Below are positions 14,716-31,763 of a stretch of DNA of 32,000 bases, one piece after another (the first letter of the stretch is position 1; every line of letters begins with the position of its first letter). A model generated the notes under the pieces. That model was not told the DNA's origin and did not search any database. It saw only the letters and a list, made by a program, of their open reading frames with translations. The translations under genes were made by a program, and so were the position numbers. The DNA is from Ktedonobacterales bacterium (GTDB lineage Bacteria > Chloroflexota > Ktedonobacteria > Ktedonobacterales > JADMIN01): positions 3,090,001 through 3,122,000 of the forward strand of contig CP126532.1 of NCBI GenBank assembly GCA_030167145.1. Reading direction: 5' to 3'.

Positions 14716-15588
14716 ATGCTTCCAGCATTTGTTTTGTACCTGCGTGAGGGGCTTGAGGCAAGTCTCGTCGTCAGCATGCTGCTTGCGTCGCTGCACCAGT
14801 TGGGTCAGACACGCCAGATGCGCGCCGTGTGGACGGGTGTCGCGCTGGCGGTCCTCAGTGCGCTCGTCGGCGGGATCGTCATCTATGCCACTGTGCGCGA
14901 GTACGACGGTACAACCTTCCAGACTATTTTCGAGACCGGCACGTACCTGCTGGCCGTCGCGTTGCTGACCTATATGACCTTCTGGATGCAAACTCACAGC
15001 CGCACGCTGAAGAAGGAAATTTCCGCCAAGGCTGGCGCGGCAGGATCAGGCTTCGCGCTGGGGCTGCTAGCCTATACATTCGTCGGGCGCGAGGGGCTAG
15101 AGTCGGCTGTCTTCACGCTGGCCTTCGCCTTCCAGACGGACGGCTTGACGCTGATTCTCGGCGGGTTGCTCGGCATTCTGGCCGCTGTGGGCCTCTGCTT
15201 CATGATCTATCGCCTGGGCTATCGCCTCGATTTCCGCGTTTTCTTCCGCGTGATGGGCATCCTGCTCATCATCTTCGCGGCGGGTCTGCTCAGCAACGCC
15301 GTGCAGAACATGCAAGAGCTTGGCTGGATCTCTATCGGCACCACACAGCTTTGGAGCACCGCGCACATCCTCTCGCAAGAAAGTCCCATCGGCGACCTGC
15401 TGCACGGCATCGTCGGCTATGCCGAAGCGCCGACGATGCTTCAGGCGCTGGCCTACTCGGTCTACGTCGTGCTGGCGGGCGCGTTCTTCTGGCGGCTGAC
15501 CCGCAAGCCGCAGGCGCCCGTCGCCGCTCCGGCGACCTCGTCATCCACGCTGCCAGTACCCCCAGCCGTCTCTCCGAAGCAGGCGTAG
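14716..15588 (+). CDS. FTR1/EfeU-family high-affinity iron permease
   Basis: GGAGAAG precedes ATG 14716. Two REGLE motifs (YLREGLEASLV and VGREGLESAVF) sit in a 7-TM-like protein, the hallmark of FTR1/EfeU. Confidence 0.88.
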   Translation: MLPAFVLYLREGLEASLVVSMLLASLHQLGQTRQMRAVWTGVALAVLSALVGGIVIYATVREYDGTTFQTIFETGTYLLAVALLTYMTFWMQTHSRTLKKEISAKAGAAGSGFALGLLAYTFVGREGLESAVFTLAFAFQTDGLTLILGGLLGILAAVGLCFMIYRLGYRLDFRVFFRVMGILLIIFAAGLLSNAVQNMQELGWISIGTTQLWSTAHILSQESPIGDLLHGIVGYAEAPTMLQALAYSVYVVLAGAFFWRLTRKPQAPVAAPATSSSTLPVPPAVSPKQA

Positions 15589-15686
15589 ATGGGTTTTGCA
15601 GTCAACAGTCGCATATTACAGGGGCGCATGCTGTGCGCCCCGGTACGGCTTAACAGTTCACGGCGAAACTTCGAGTCATTCGCGTC

Positions 15687-15716
15687 TTGACACCTTGAAA
15701 AGCGGTGTGATATACT
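15687..15716 (+). promoter_or_regulatory. strong sigma-70-type promoter TTGACA-18nt-(TGa)TATACT, ~730 nt upstream of rpoB
   Basis: TTGACA at 15687-15692, TGA-TATACT at 15708-15716. No credible ORF lies between it and rpoB. Confidence 0.5.
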
Positions 15717-16445
15717 CTTTTTCTGCGGGGTTTTACGCATCGTGCGGTAGCATGGTGTGTTGCGCTGTTCACACGCGCTAGCGGCTCGCCTCTTCTGAGG
15801 GCGAAGGCGAGTCCCTCAAGGCTTCAGCATTTCTCGCGAGTTGCTCGCGATAGTTTTCGCATCCGGCGGCGCGGTCGGGTGGAGAACGATCATAACACCA
15901 CACGCAATCGGACACTTCAACAGATTCGCACACGTGCCAGAGTATCCAGGTCCAGTGTTTTCGCCAGAAAACGATGGACCCGTTGGCGCGTGCGCGCTGT
16001 TTGCGCGGTTGCCTGGTGTGGCCTTTTGGGTGGCGCCTGTGACGCTTCTGCCCGCACGTTCGACGTTCTTCATATTACACGGAATGAGCGCTATGTTCAA
16101 CAGATATCTTTCACCATCGGTTTTGTCTCCGTGTTTTTCCGGCGCATCGTCTGGGAAGTTCGTTCGCCTCCGGGAGGCAGGCGCACGGCAATCCTGGATA
16201 CCTGTCATTCCGTAGGCGGTTTCATTGTCTCTGGTTTCCCCTTTTGGTCTTGTCGCCGCAGCGCCGCGGCGCGGACCACAGCAGCGCGTAGGTTGTCCCG
16301 TTTTATCCAGCACGTCTCTTTCCTGGTGATCGCGCGGCTCGTTGTCTCTTGCGCTCCGCGATGGCTTCTTTGCCTCTGCGGGGCCACCAATCCCGGCACA
16401 CCACAGCGAACGACGTAGGCGACTGGCGAGAGGAGTTCTTTCCGC

Positions 16446-19400
16446 ATGGCATTGAGCACAACCGTCTCTCTCCCTGAGCGCGTAAGTTTCGCGCGGATTC
16501 CTGATATCCGCGCCATGCCCAATCTCATTCAGGTGCAACTCGACTCCTTCGAGTGGTTCAAGCGCGAGGGATTGCGCGAGCTATTCGACGAGATTTCACC
16601 GATTGAGGATTTTACTAACAAGAACCTGAAGCTCGAATTCATCGTTCCCGATGAGCCGTATGGCCAGCCCAAGTATACCGAGGACCAGTGCCGCGAGCGC
16701 GACGCGACCTATGCCGCGCCGCTCTACGTCAAGGCACGGCTGACCTATAAGGAAACCGGCGAGATTCAGGAAAAAGACATCTTCATGGGCGATTTCCCGC
16801 TCATGACACGCGAAGGCACGTTCATCATCAATGGCGCAGAGCGCGTAGTGGTCAGTCAGCTCGTGCGCTCGCCTGGCGTGTATTTCACGGCGGATGTCGA
16901 GCCGATCACTGGTCGCGAGATGTTCGCCGCCAAGCTAATTCCGAATCGCGGCGCGTGGCTCGAATTCGAGACCAGCAACAAGGACATCATCTCCGTCAAA
17001 ATTGACCGCAAGCGCAAGATTCCCATCACCACGCTGCTGCGCGCGATGGGCGCTATCGGCGACCGTGATCGCGGCAAGACGGACCGCACGCCCGACCTGC
17101 GGACGGATGAGGGCATTCTCGCCGCGTTCGCCGATGTGGATACCGGCGAGCATCGCCGCATGCCCAGCGAACATCATCATTTCATCCGCACCACGCTCGA
17201 TAAAGATCCGGTGAAGTCGCCCGACGAGGCGCTGCTGGAAGTCTATCGCAAGCTGCGTCCGGGTGATCCGGCAACGCTGGAAAACGCGCGCAATCTGGTG
17301 AACAATCTGTTCTACCACGAGCGCCGCTATGACCTGGGCAACGTGGGCCGCTATAAGCTGAATCGCAAGCTCGATCTGGCGATTCCGCAGACCGTGCGTA
17401 CACTCACCCAGGATGACGTGGTGGCGATTGTGCGTCGCATGATTGCGCTCAACAACGGCAACGGCAAGAAAGACGACATTGACCACCTGGGCAACCGCCG
17501 GGTGCGCAGCGTCGGCGAGCTGATTCAGACGCAGTTCCGCGTGGGCCTGCTGCGGATGGAGCGCGTCGTCAAAGAGCGCATGGCCATCACCCAGGATCCG
17601 TCGCAGGCCTCGCCGAACCAGCTCATCAACATCCGTCCAGTGGTGGCGGCGATGAAAGAGTTCTTTGGCGGCAGCCAGCTCTCACAGTTCATGGATCAGA
17701 CCAACCCGTTGGCCGAGATCGGCCACAAGCGGCGCCTTTCGGCGTTGGGTCCGGGCGGCCTCTCGCGTGACCGCGCGGGATTCGATGTGCGCGACGTTCA
17801 CCACTCGCACTATGGCCGCATCTGCCCGATTGAGACGCCGGAAGGCCCGAACATTGGTCTGATCGGCAACCTGGCGACCTTCGGCAAGATCAACGACTAC
17901 GGCTTCATCGAGACGCCGTATCGCAAGGTGATTCATGCGCTGCCCGCCGACCACCCCGATCTCGTCGGGCGTGTGCTGGCGCGCGACGTGAAAGACGCCA
18001 AAGACAACGTAGTTGCCGAAGGCGGCACGCTGGTAGATGAGGCGCTGGCCGCGACACTGGCGAAGAAGCTGGGCGCGCAAGAAGTGCCGATCAAGGCGTG
18101 GGTCTCGACCGAGGTGGATTACCTGACCGCCGACGACGAAGAACGCTCGGTGATCGCGCAGGCAAACGTGCCACTTGATGAGGACGGCCACTTCTTCAGC
18201 GAGCGCGTGCTCGCGCGCTACAACGGCGATTTCGTGCGTGAGAGCGCCAATCGCATTGACTATATGGATGTTGCGCCGAAGCAGACCGTTAGCGTCGCGG
18301 CGGCGTTGATCCCGTTCCTGGAGCACGACGACGTGAACCGCGCCTTGATGGGCGCGAACATGCAGCGCCAGGCGGTGCCGCTGCTGCGCCCGCAGTCGCC
18401 GATTGTCGGTACGGGCATCGAGCGGCAGGTGGCCAAAGACTCCGGCCATGTAGTGGTCGCGGAGACCGATGGCACGGTGGTCAGTTCCACGGCGCGCCAG
18501 ATCGTCATTCTGGACGATGATGGCGTGGAGCATGTCCACAAGCTGCGCAAGTTCGTGCGCTCGAACCAGGGCACCTGCATGAATCAGCGGCCCATCGTCA
18601 CCAAGGGCGACCGCGTGGCGGAGGGTCAGCCCGTTGCCGATAGCTCTTCGACGGAAAACGGCGAGCTGGCGCTGGGCCAGAATATCCTGGTGGCCTTCAT
18701 GGCCTGGGAGGGCGGCAACTTTGAGGACGCCATCCTGATTAGCGAGCGCATCGTGCGCGAAGACCTGTTCACCAGCATCCACATCGAAAAGCACGAGGTG
18801 GAGGCGCGCGATACCAAGCTCGGCCCGGAAGAGATCACCCGCGACATTCCAAACGTCGGTGAGGAGGGTCTGCGGAATCTGGACGAGCGCGGCATCGTCT
18901 TCATCGGTGCAGAGGTCGGCCCTGGCGACATCCTCGTTGGCAAGATCACGCCGAAGGGCGAGACCGAGCTAACGGCAGAAGAGAAGCTGTTGCGGGCCAT
19001 CTTCGGCGAGAAGGCGCGCGAGGTGAAAGACACATCGCTGCGCGTGCCCCACGGCGAGCGCGGCAAGGTCGTCGAGGTCAAGGTGTTCTCGCGCGACAAC
19101 AACGATGAGTTGCCGCCGGGCGTCAATCAGCTTGTGCGCGTCGCCATCGCCCAGAAGCGCAAGATCGGCGCGGGCGACAAGATGGCGGGTCGTCACGGCA
19201 ATAAGGGCGTCATCAGCCGCGTGCTGCCAATCGAAGATATGCCGTTCTTGCCGGACGGCACACCGGTGGACATCATTCTGAATCCGCTGGGCGTGCCGCA
19301 CCGCATGAACATCGGCCAGATCATGGAAACGCATCTGGGCTGGGCGGCGGAGAAGCTGGGCATGAAGGTGGCCAGCCCCGTCTTCGACGGTGCGCCGGAA

Positions 19401-19940
19401 AACGACATCGAAAAGCTGCTCGATCAGGCGGGCCTGCCCGCCAGTGGCAAAGTGCAACTGTATGACGGGCGCACGGGCGATCCGTTCGACCAGGAAGTGA
19501 CCGTTGGCTATATCTATATGCTCAAGCTGGCCCACCTGGTGGAAGATAAGGTGCATGCCCGCTCGACCGGCCCGTACAGCCTCATCACTCAGCAGCCGCT
19601 CGGTGGTAAGGCGCAGTTCGGCGGTCAGCGCTTCGGCGAGATGGAGGTGTGGGCGCTCGAAGCCTACGGCGCCTCGAACATCTTGCAGGAAATTCTGACG
19701 GTGAAATCCGATGACGTGGTGGGTCGTGTCAAGACCTACGAGGCCATCGTCAAGGGCGAGCAGATCATGGAGCCGGGCGTGCCCGAATCCTTCAAGGTGC
19801 TCGTCAAGGAGTTGCAGAGCCTGGGCATCAACGTTGAGGTGCTCAACGAGGATGAACAGCGCATCCAGTTCATCGAGGACGCGGCGACCGATACGGTGCC
19901 GGAGCTTGGCATCAATCTGAGCGGCTTCGAGAACGAGTAG
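16446..19940 (+). CDS. rpoB: DNA-directed RNA polymerase subunit beta
   Basis: 1164 aa with unmistakable beta-subunit motifs ([62 protein letters not shown]). Confidence 0.98.
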   Translation: MALSTTVSLPERVSFARIPDIRAMPNLIQVQLDSFEWFKREGLRELFDEISPIEDFTNKNLKLEFIVPDEPYGQPKYTEDQCRERDATYAAPLYVKARLTYKETGEIQEKDIFMGDFPLMTREGTFIINGAERVVVSQLVRSPGVYFTADVEPITGREMFAAKLIPNRGAWLEFETSNKDIISVKIDRKRKIPITTLLRAMGAIGDRDRGKTDRTPDLRTDEGILAAFADVDTGEHRRMPSEHHHFIRTTLDKDPVKSPDEALLEVYRKLRPGDPATLENARNLVNNLFYHERRYDLGNVGRYKLNRKLDLAIPQTVRTLTQDDVVAIVRRMIALNNGNGKKDDIDHLGNRRVRSVGELIQTQFRVGLLRMERVVKERMAITQDPSQASPNQLINIRPVVAAMKEFFGGSQLSQFMDQTNPLAEIGHKRRLSALGPGGLSRDRAGFDVRDVHHSHYGRICPIETPEGPNIGLIGNLATFGKINDYGFIETPYRKVIHALPADHPDLVGRVLARDVKDAKDNVVAEGGTLVDEALAATLAKKLGAQEVPIKAWVSTEVDYLTADDEERSVIAQANVPLDEDGHFFSERVLARYNGDFVRESANRIDYMDVAPKQTVSVAAALIPFLEHDDVNRALMGANMQRQAVPLLRPQSPIVGTGIERQVAKDSGHVVVAETDGTVVSSTARQIVILDDDGVEHVHKLRKFVRSNQGTCMNQRPIVTKGDRVAEGQPVADSSSTENGELALGQNILVAFMAWEGGNFEDAILISERIVREDLFTSIHIEKHEVEARDTKLGPEEITRDIPNVGEEGLRNLDERGIVFIGAEVGPGDILVGKITPKGETELTAEEKLLRAIFGEKAREVKDTSLRVPHGERGKVVEVKVFSRDNNDELPPGVNQLVRVAIAQKRKIGAGDKMAGRHGNKGVISRVLPIEDMPFLPDGTPVDIILNPLGVPHRMNIGQIMETHLGWAAEKLGMKVASPVFDGAPENDIEKLLDQAGLPASGKVQLYDGRTGDPFDQEVTVGYIYMLKLAHLVEDKVHARSTGPYSLITQQPLGGKAQFGGQRFGEMEVWALEAYGASNILQEILTVKSDDVVGRVKTYEAIVKGEQIMEPGVPESFKVLVKELQSLGINVEVLNEDEQRIQFIEDAATDTVPELGINLSGFENE

Positions 19941-20116
19941 CCCGCGTGAGGCGAGGAACACTGGCGGAACGGGAGCCGCGGGGCCCCTTTCGCCACCTCT
20001 GTCTCAGTATTCAGGTCATGTCCCGCGGTGGCAGCGCCGAAAAGGCGGTCGGAAAGGAGATGGGCGGCAGACGCTCGCGATAGGCTAGGTCGCGGGAGGG
20101 CACGCCGCCTCACCCT

Positions 20117-24595
<4,479 letters not shown>

Positions 24596-24719
24596 TACCA
24601 TTACATATCGTGCGCCAGATATGCTCACGGCGCGGACGTGTACGCACGTTACGCTACGCACTGCGCCGTGAGCGCTCGCAAGCGTCTGGCTCAGTGGCTA
24701 GATGAGGGTTGAAACAACA

Positions 24720-25160
24720 TTGCCGACGATTAATCAGCTCGTGCGCAAGGGCCGAGGCAAAAAGGTCCGCAAGAGTAAGGCGCCGGCGTTGCAGTTCTCC
24801 TACAACGCATTGAAGAACCGCACGCTGCGCATGCCTGGCGCGCCACAGAAGCGCGGCGTTTGCACGCAAGTGCGTACCATGACGCCGAAGAAGCCGAACT
24901 CAGCGTTGCGGAAGATTGCCCGCGTGCGCCTGACCAACCAGTACGAGGTCACCGCCTACATTCCAGGCGAGGGCCACAACCTGCAAGAGCACTCCGTCGT
25001 GTTGATTCGCGGCGGGCGTGTGAAAGATCTGCCGAGCGTCCGCTACCACATTGTGCGCGGCACGCTCGACAGCGAAGGTGTGCAGAAACGTCGCCAGGGC
25101 CGCTCGAAGTACGGCGCGAAGCGACCGAAGGCCGGGCAGGCGGCAGCGGCTCGCCGCTAG
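24720..25160 (+). CDS. rpsL: 30S ribosomal protein S12
   Basis: [11 protein letters not shown]...[10 protein letters not shown]...[18 protein letters not shown] place the start at TTG 24720, giving the universal MPTINQL N-terminus. The ORF track uses ATG 24702, six codons upstream. Confidence 0.95.
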   Translation: MPTINQLVRKGRGKKVRKSKAPALQFSYNALKNRTLRMPGAPQKRGVCTQVRTMTPKKPNSALRKIARVRLTNQYEVTAYIPGEGHNLQEHSVVLIRGGRVKDLPSVRYHIVRGTLDSEGVQKRRQGRSKYGAKRPKAGQAAAARR

Positions 25161-25410
25161 CCAGCGCCGCCCGGCGCGACTGGCCGAAACCGGCTCTTCC
25201 GGCGTCTTTGCCGCGATGAGCCAGGTCGGCGAAATACTCCGGCTGGCCGCGAATGGCGCGCCAGCATTGTTGGACGTTCTCCGCTCCGGGGAGCAGACGC
25301 TTCCCAAGCCAATTGGCGCAGGAGTTGGAAAGACCTCCAACTGGTGGGGTGCCGGGGCCTGTGCCTTGGTACCCTTCGCGCTGTCTGGCACAAGAGGAGA
25401 AATCGAGCCT

Positions 25411-25881
25411 ATGCCTCGACGCGGTACGGTCCCACACCGAGTGGTGCTGCCGGACCCCAAGTACAACAACCGAAACATCACACGGATGGTTGGCCGCCTC
25501 ATGTGGGACGGCAAGCGCAGCCTCGCCGAGCGCATCATCTACGATGCGCTGGACCTCATCGAACAGCGCGCGAAGCGCCCGCCGATTGAAGTCTTCGAGC
25601 AGGCTTTGCGCGCGGCCCAGCCCGTGCTGGAAGTCAAGCCCCGGCGTGTCGGCGGCGCCACCTATCAGGTGCCCGTTGAGATCCGTGGTGATCGCAAGAT
25701 GGCGCTGGCAATGCGCTGGTTGATTGCCGCTGCGCGCAATCGCCCAGGCAAAACCATGGCTGAGAAGCTGGCAAACGAACTGATGGATGCCGCTGCCGGC
25801 CAGGGCGCAACGATTCGTAAGCGTGACGAAACCCATAAGATGGCGGAGTCGAACAAGGCTTTCGCCCATTATCGCTGGTAA
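25411..25881 (+). CDS. rpsG: 30S ribosomal protein S7
   Basis: AGAGGAGA precedes ATG 25411. [20 protein letters not shown]...[14 protein letters not shown]...AFAHYRW. Confidence 0.96.
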   Translation: MPRRGTVPHRVVLPDPKYNNRNITRMVGRLMWDGKRSLAERIIYDALDLIEQRAKRPPIEVFEQALRAAQPVLEVKPRRVGGATYQVPVEIRGDRKMALAMRWLIAAARNRPGKTMAEKLANELMDAAAGQGATIRKRDETHKMAESNKAFAHYRW

Positions 25882-25902
25882 AGACAGCGGCCAAGAGGAG
25901 CT

Positions 25903-27996
25903 ATGGCCACCAGAGAATATCCCCTCGAAAGAACGCGGAATATTGGCATCATCGCCCACATTGACGCGGGCAAGACCACCACAACGGAGCGCATTCTCTT
26001 CTACACCAAGAAGATCCACAAGATCGGCGAAGTGCATGAGGGCGCCGCGACGATGGACTGGATGCCCCAGGAGCAGGAGCGCGGCATCACGATCACGTCT
26101 GCCGCCACCACATGCTTCTGGCTGAACCACCGCATTAATATCATTGACACCCCGGGACACGTGGATTTCACGGTCGAGGTCGAGCGTTCTCTGCGTGTCC
26201 TGGATGGCGGCGTCGTCGTATTTGATGCGGTCGCTGGCGTCGAGCCACAGTCCGAGACCGTGTGGCGCCAGGCCGACAAATACGACGTGCCGCGCATCTG
26301 CTTCGTGAACAAGATGGACCGCATCGGCGCGAACTTCTGGCGCACGGTGGAGATGATCCGCGAGCGGCTGGGCGCGGTGCCCGTGCCGATCCAGATCCCG
26401 ATCGGCGCGGAGAGCAATTTTAAGGGCTATGTTGACCTGATCGAGATGCAGGGCGTCATCTTTGTGGACGACCTTGGCACCAAATCTGAAGCGACCGAGA
26501 TTCCAGCGGACCTCGTCGAAGATGCGCGCAAGCACCGCGAGACGATGGTGGAGTTGATCGCCGAGACCGACGAGGAACTGATGATGAAGTACCTCGAGGG
26601 CGAAACGATCAACAACGACGAACTGCGGACGGCCCTGCGCGCCGCGACCATCGCCAACAAACTGGTTCCCGTGCTCTGCGGCACCGCGCTAAAGAACAAG
26701 GGCGTGCAGGCGATGCTCGACGCGGTGGTGACGTATCTGCCATCGCCGCTGGATATTCCCGCGCCGACCGCCATATCGCTCAAGACCGATGAAGAAGTGC
26801 AGCTTGTGGTCAGTGACGACGCACCGTTCGTGGCGCTGGCTCACAAGGTCGTCGCCGATCCGTTCGTCGGACGCCTGACCTATATGCGCGTCTATTCCGG
26901 CAAGCTGGACGCTGGCTCGTATGTCTACAATGCGGTCAAGGGCCAGAAAGAGCGTGTTGGACGCCTCTTGCAGATGCACGCGAATCACCGTGAAGACATC
27001 GAACGCATCTACGCGGGCGACATCTGCGCGGTGGTCGGTCTGAAGAACACCTTCACCGGTGACACGCTCTGCGACCAGGACCACCCGGTGCTTCTCGAAT
27101 CCATCACCTTCCCGGAGCCGGTGATCTCGATTGCCATCGAGCCGAAGACGCGCGCCGATCAAGATAAGATGGGCATCGCGCTTGGCCGCCTGGCCGAAGA
27201 AGACCCGACCTTCAAGGTGCATACCGACGAAGATTCCGGCCAGACGATCATTCGGGGTATGGGCGAGCTTCACCTTGAGGTCATCGTGGATCGCATGTTC
27301 CGCGAGTTCAAGGTTGAAGCCAATGTGGGCCGCCCCCAGGTGGCCTACCGCGAGACCATCACTACCCAGGCCCAGGCCGAAGGCCGCTTCGTCCGTCAGT
27401 CCGGCGGTCGCGGCCAGTACGGCGACGTATGGATTCGGGTCGAGCCGCTGGAACGCGGCAAGGGCTTCGAGTTCGTCAACGGCATCGTCGGCGGTGTGGT
27501 GCCGCGCGAATACATCAAGCCGACCGAAGAGGGCGTGAAAGAGGCGCTGGAGAATGGTGTCATCGCGGGCTATCCGATGGTAGATGTCCGCGCGACGCTC
27601 TATGACGGCTCCTACCACGACGTGGACTCCTCGGAAATGGCGTTTAAGACCGCCGGATCCATGGGCTTCCGCGCCGCGACGCAGAAGGCCAGCCCGATCC
27701 TGCTTGAGCCGATCATGAAGGTCGAGGTCACGACCTCGCCCGATTTCTACGGCGATGTGCTGGGCGACCTCAGCCGCCGCCGTGGCCACATCGTCGGCAA
27801 CGAGGAGCGCGGCGGCACACAGGTGATCCGGGCGCACGTGCCGCTGGCCGAGATGTTCGGCTATGTCAACGAACTGCGTTCGATGACCAGTGGTCGCGCA
27901 TCCTACTCGATGGAGTTCGACCATTACGCTGAAGTGCCTCGCAATATTGCCGAGGAGATCAAGGCGAAGTCGCAGGGCAAGCCCAATCGCGCCTAG
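25903..27996 (+). CDS. fusA: translation elongation factor G
   Basis: [47 protein letters not shown], 697 aa. Confidence 0.98.
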   Translation: MATREYPLERTRNIGIIAHIDAGKTTTTERILFYTKKIHKIGEVHEGAATMDWMPQEQERGITITSAATTCFWLNHRINIIDTPGHVDFTVEVERSLRVLDGGVVVFDAVAGVEPQSETVWRQADKYDVPRICFVNKMDRIGANFWRTVEMIRERLGAVPVPIQIPIGAESNFKGYVDLIEMQGVIFVDDLGTKSEATEIPADLVEDARKHRETMVELIAETDEELMMKYLEGETINNDELRTALRAATIANKLVPVLCGTALKNKGVQAMLDAVVTYLPSPLDIPAPTAISLKTDEEVQLVVSDDAPFVALAHKVVADPFVGRLTYMRVYSGKLDAGSYVYNAVKGQKERVGRLLQMHANHREDIERIYAGDICAVVGLKNTFTGDTLCDQDHPVLLESITFPEPVISIAIEPKTRADQDKMGIALGRLAEEDPTFKVHTDEDSGQTIIRGMGELHLEVIVDRMFREFKVEANVGRPQVAYRETITTQAQAEGRFVRQSGGRGQYGDVWIRVEPLERGKGFEFVNGIVGGVVPREYIKPTEEGVKEALENGVIAGYPMVDVRATLYDGSYHDVDSSEMAFKTAGSMGFRAATQKASPILLEPIMKVEVTTSPDFYGDVLGDLSRRRGHIVGNEERGGTQVIRAHVPLAEMFGYVNELRSMTSGRASYSMEFDHYAEVPRNIAEEIKAKSQGKPNRA

Positions 27997-28019
27997 TCGC
28001 GAGCAGGAATGAGGCATCT

Positions 28020-28045
28020 GGGAGCAGCAGCGCGCTGCTGCTCCC
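28020..28045 (+). promoter_or_regulatory. 26-nt perfect palindrome/hairpin GGGAGCAGCAGCG|CGCTGCTGCTCCC between fusA and tuf
   Basis: Starts 24 nt after the fusA stop. A second 7-bp hairpin lies at 28061-28081. No U-tract follows, so its role (attenuator, processing site or boundary) is open. Confidence 0.5.
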
Positions 28046-28106
28046 ACACCGCCAGACAGAGCGAGAGATGCGGTCTCTCGCAACCGGCGGGAAGGAGAGA
28101 GGACCA

Positions 28107-29312
<1,206 letters not shown>

Positions 29313-29318
29313 CACAGG

Positions 29319-29348
29319 CTGGCCCCGTTCCACAGGGAGCGGGGCCAG
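29319..29348 (+). terminator. hairpin immediately downstream of tuf (possible terminator or attenuator)
   Basis: CTGGCCCCG (29319-29327) / CGGGGCCAG (29340-29348) with a 12-nt loop. It is followed by AT-rich ATGTTGTATACTGATATATTG but no clean U-run. Confidence 0.35.
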
Positions 29349-29556
29349 ATGTTGTATACTGATATATTGCGCGCATGAGTTCGGTCGTGTGCGAGAGACT
29401 ACGGCAACTGCCATATATGTCTGGCGAGCGGCTAGGCGTTTTGGGTAGGCGTCGTGGCGGTTGGGGCGGTTTCGCCCGTTGTAACATGCGCCCCTTTGCG
29501 CGTATCGCGGGGGGACGCGAAGCGCTTGTAGCGAGAGCGGCAAAGAAAGAGCGGAG

Positions 29557-29874
29557 ATGGCTACCACAACGAAACAGCGCATCCGCATCCGGTTGAAGGC
29601 CTACGACCACCGGATACTGGATCAGTCCGCGGCGCAGATCGTCGAGACGGCGCAGAATACTGGCGCGCGGGTCTCAGGTCCGGTGCCGCTGCCCACGCGC
29701 ATCGAGAAGTACACCGTGCTGCGATCCCCATTTATTGACAAAGACTCCCGCGAGCAGTTTGAGATGCGCACCCACAAGCGCCTCATAGACATCGTGGAGC
29801 CGACCCCCAAGACGGTGGAAGCCCTGACACGGCTGAATCTGCCAGCGGGTGTGGATATCGAGATCAAGCTCTAG
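29557..29874 (+). CDS. rpsJ: 30S ribosomal protein S10
   Basis: [24 protein letters not shown]...[39 protein letters not shown], 105 aa. Confidence 0.97.
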   Translation: MATTTKQRIRIRLKAYDHRILDQSAAQIVETAQNTGARVSGPVPLPTRIEKYTVLRSPFIDKDSREQFEMRTHKRLIDIVEPTPKTVEALTRLNLPAGVDIEIKL

Positions 29875-30095
29875 CGTGTAATGTTGGATTGCCGACGTGC
29901 GGCGTCGGCACGAGGGGCAAGACGCTCGGAAGGCGCGATATTTCAGCGCCGCGTGTCTACGGTCCCGTCTACGGACCTTGTGAGTGGGCACGTCCCTGAT
30001 GAGTGGTGGAGCATTCAGCGCCGCCAAAGTCTCAACGGCCTCATCAGCGAACGAGTATCTGGCGCCTTGTACTGCGCGCCGCGGGAGAAAGAAGC

Positions 30096-30953
30096 ATGCT
30101 CAGTGCATTGCTGGGCCGGAAAGTGGGCATGACCCAGATTTTTGGCCCAAACGGCGTGGCGATTCCCGTCACGGTGATCGAGGCTGGCCCCTGCACCATC
30201 ACCCAGGTGAAGACGGCTGCCACCGACGGCTATGAGGCCGTGCAACTTGGCTTCGGCGAAGTCAAGCTCAAACATGTGACGCGCCCGATGCTTGGCCATC
30301 TCGGCCATGCGCTGCCGCAGACCCCGCGTCAGCGGCGCAAGCAGCAGTTGCAGCAGGCGAAGTCTCGCCAGGAGGCGCGCAAGAAGACTGCCAGCGCGGC
30401 ATCCGAGACCGAAGCCGATGTGGCCGAGGCCACAGCGACGAAGGGCAGCGCGAAGCAGCAGCCGAGCGCGAAACGTCGCCGTGGCTCTGCAATGGAACTC
30501 GGTCCGTTCAAGATCCTGCGCGAAGTGGAGCTTATCAGCGGCGACCAGCCAGCGGTGGGTGACACGGTAGATGCCGCGATGTTCGCCACTGGCGAGCGCG
30601 TAGACATCATCGGCACCTCGAAAGGCAAAGGCTTCGCGGGCGTGATGAAGCGCCACGGCTTCGGCGGCGGCCAGCGCACGCACGGTCAGTCCGACCGCGC
30701 GCGCGCGCCTGGCTCGATTGGCCCTGGCACCACCCCAGGACGTGTTTTCAAGGGCACGCGCATGGCGGGCCGCATGGGCAACGACCGCATCACCATCAAA
30801 TCGCTCGAAGTGGTGCAGACCGATGCCACACGCAATCTGCTGGTGATCAAAGGCTCGATCCCCGGCCCGAACGGTTCCGTGGTGATGATCCGCAAGGGAG
30901 CCGAACAGATGGCCCTGGCAGCGCGGAGCGGCGCGTCCGCACGACGCTCGTAA
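30096..30953 (+). CDS. rplC: 50S ribosomal protein L3 (with a ~60-aa basic insertion)
   Basis: MLSALLGRKVGMTQIF...PVTVIE, GTSKGKGFAGVMKRHGFGGGQRTHG, PGSIGPGTTPGRVFKGTRMAGRMG. Start at ATG 30096 after GGGAGAAAGAAG; the track start at 30003 is an extension. 285 aa versus ~210 typical. Confidence 0.95.
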   Translation: MLSALLGRKVGMTQIFGPNGVAIPVTVIEAGPCTITQVKTAATDGYEAVQLGFGEVKLKHVTRPMLGHLGHALPQTPRQRRKQQLQQAKSRQEARKKTASAASETEADVAEATATKGSAKQQPSAKRRRGSAMELGPFKILREVELISGDQPAVGDTVDAAMFATGERVDIIGTSKGKGFAGVMKRHGFGGGQRTHGQSDRARAPGSIGPGTTPGRVFKGTRMAGRMGNDRITIKSLEVVQTDATRNLLVIKGSIPGPNGSVVMIRKGAEQMALAARSGASARRS

Positions 30954-30974
30954 GCGGGGATGAGGAGACAGAAT

Positions 30975-31760
30975 ATGCCCTCCGCGAATGTATATGACAT
31001 GGACGGCAATGTCGTCCGGCAAGAAGAGCTAGACCGCCACGTCTTTGGCGAGCGCGTCAACGTCGGCTTGCTACATCAGGTCGTGACGGCGCAACTGACC
31101 AACCGCCGCCAGGGAAACGCGAACACCAAAACGCGCGCCGAGGTCAGCGGCGGCAACAAGAAACCGTATCGCCAGAAGGGCACGGGCCGCGCCCGTCAGG
31201 GTTCCACCCGCGCGCCGCATTTTCGTGGCGGCGGCACGGTCTTTGGCCCGCAGCCGCATGATTACGACCGCGCGATCCCGCGCAAGATGAAGCGTCTGGC
31301 GATCCGCTGCGCGCTCTCAGACCGCGCGGCGGAAGGCCGCATCCTGCTGATGGATGAACTGACCTTCGAAGCGCCGAGTACCCGCGACATGGAGAATCTG
31401 CTCAACAGTCTGCCGCTAGAGCGCCACGTGCTGTTGTTGCTGCCCGATCACAACGACAACGTGATCCTCTCCGCGCGCAACATCCGCCGTGTGAAGCTTG
31501 GCAATGTGGCCTCTATCAACGTGGTCGAGATTCTCAAATACGACCATCTGCTGATGCCGGTGGCCTCCGTCGAGAAAATCGTCGCCATGTTCGGCGAAGC
31601 TGCGGACGACGCGCTCCAGATGAAGCGCCATCCCGCCGTGGTCTATCGCCGCCAGAAGGTGCGCGCACTGCACGCCGCCGCGCTCGCCGCCAAGCAAAGC
31701 GACGCGCCCGCGCCCAAAAAGCCGAGCACGCGCAAAGCCAGTCGGACTGAGGAGAAGTAA
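30975..31760 (+). CDS. rplD: 50S ribosomal protein L4 (with C-terminal extension)
   Basis: GAGGAG precedes ATG 30975. [36 protein letters not shown]. 261 aa. Confidence 0.95.
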   Translation: MPSANVYDMDGNVVRQEELDRHVFGERVNVGLLHQVVTAQLTNRRQGNANTKTRAEVSGGNKKPYRQKGTGRARQGSTRAPHFRGGGTVFGPQPHDYDRAIPRKMKRLAIRCALSDRAAEGRILLMDELTFEAPSTRDMENLLNSLPLERHVLLLLPDHNDNVILSARNIRRVKLGNVASINVVEILKYDHLLMPVASVEKIVAMFGEAADDALQMKRHPAVVYRRQKVRALHAAALAAKQSDAPAPKKPSTRKASRTEEK

Positions 31761-31763
31761 GTC

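Noticed and set aside
15816-16538. ORFs in the rpoB upstream region (15816..16538 minus, 15841..16215 and 15879..16418 plus)
   Set aside because: They overlap each other and the rpoB start, are Arg/Cys/Pro-rich without motifs, and have no Shine-Dalgarno sequences. The region is treated as a non-coding leader.
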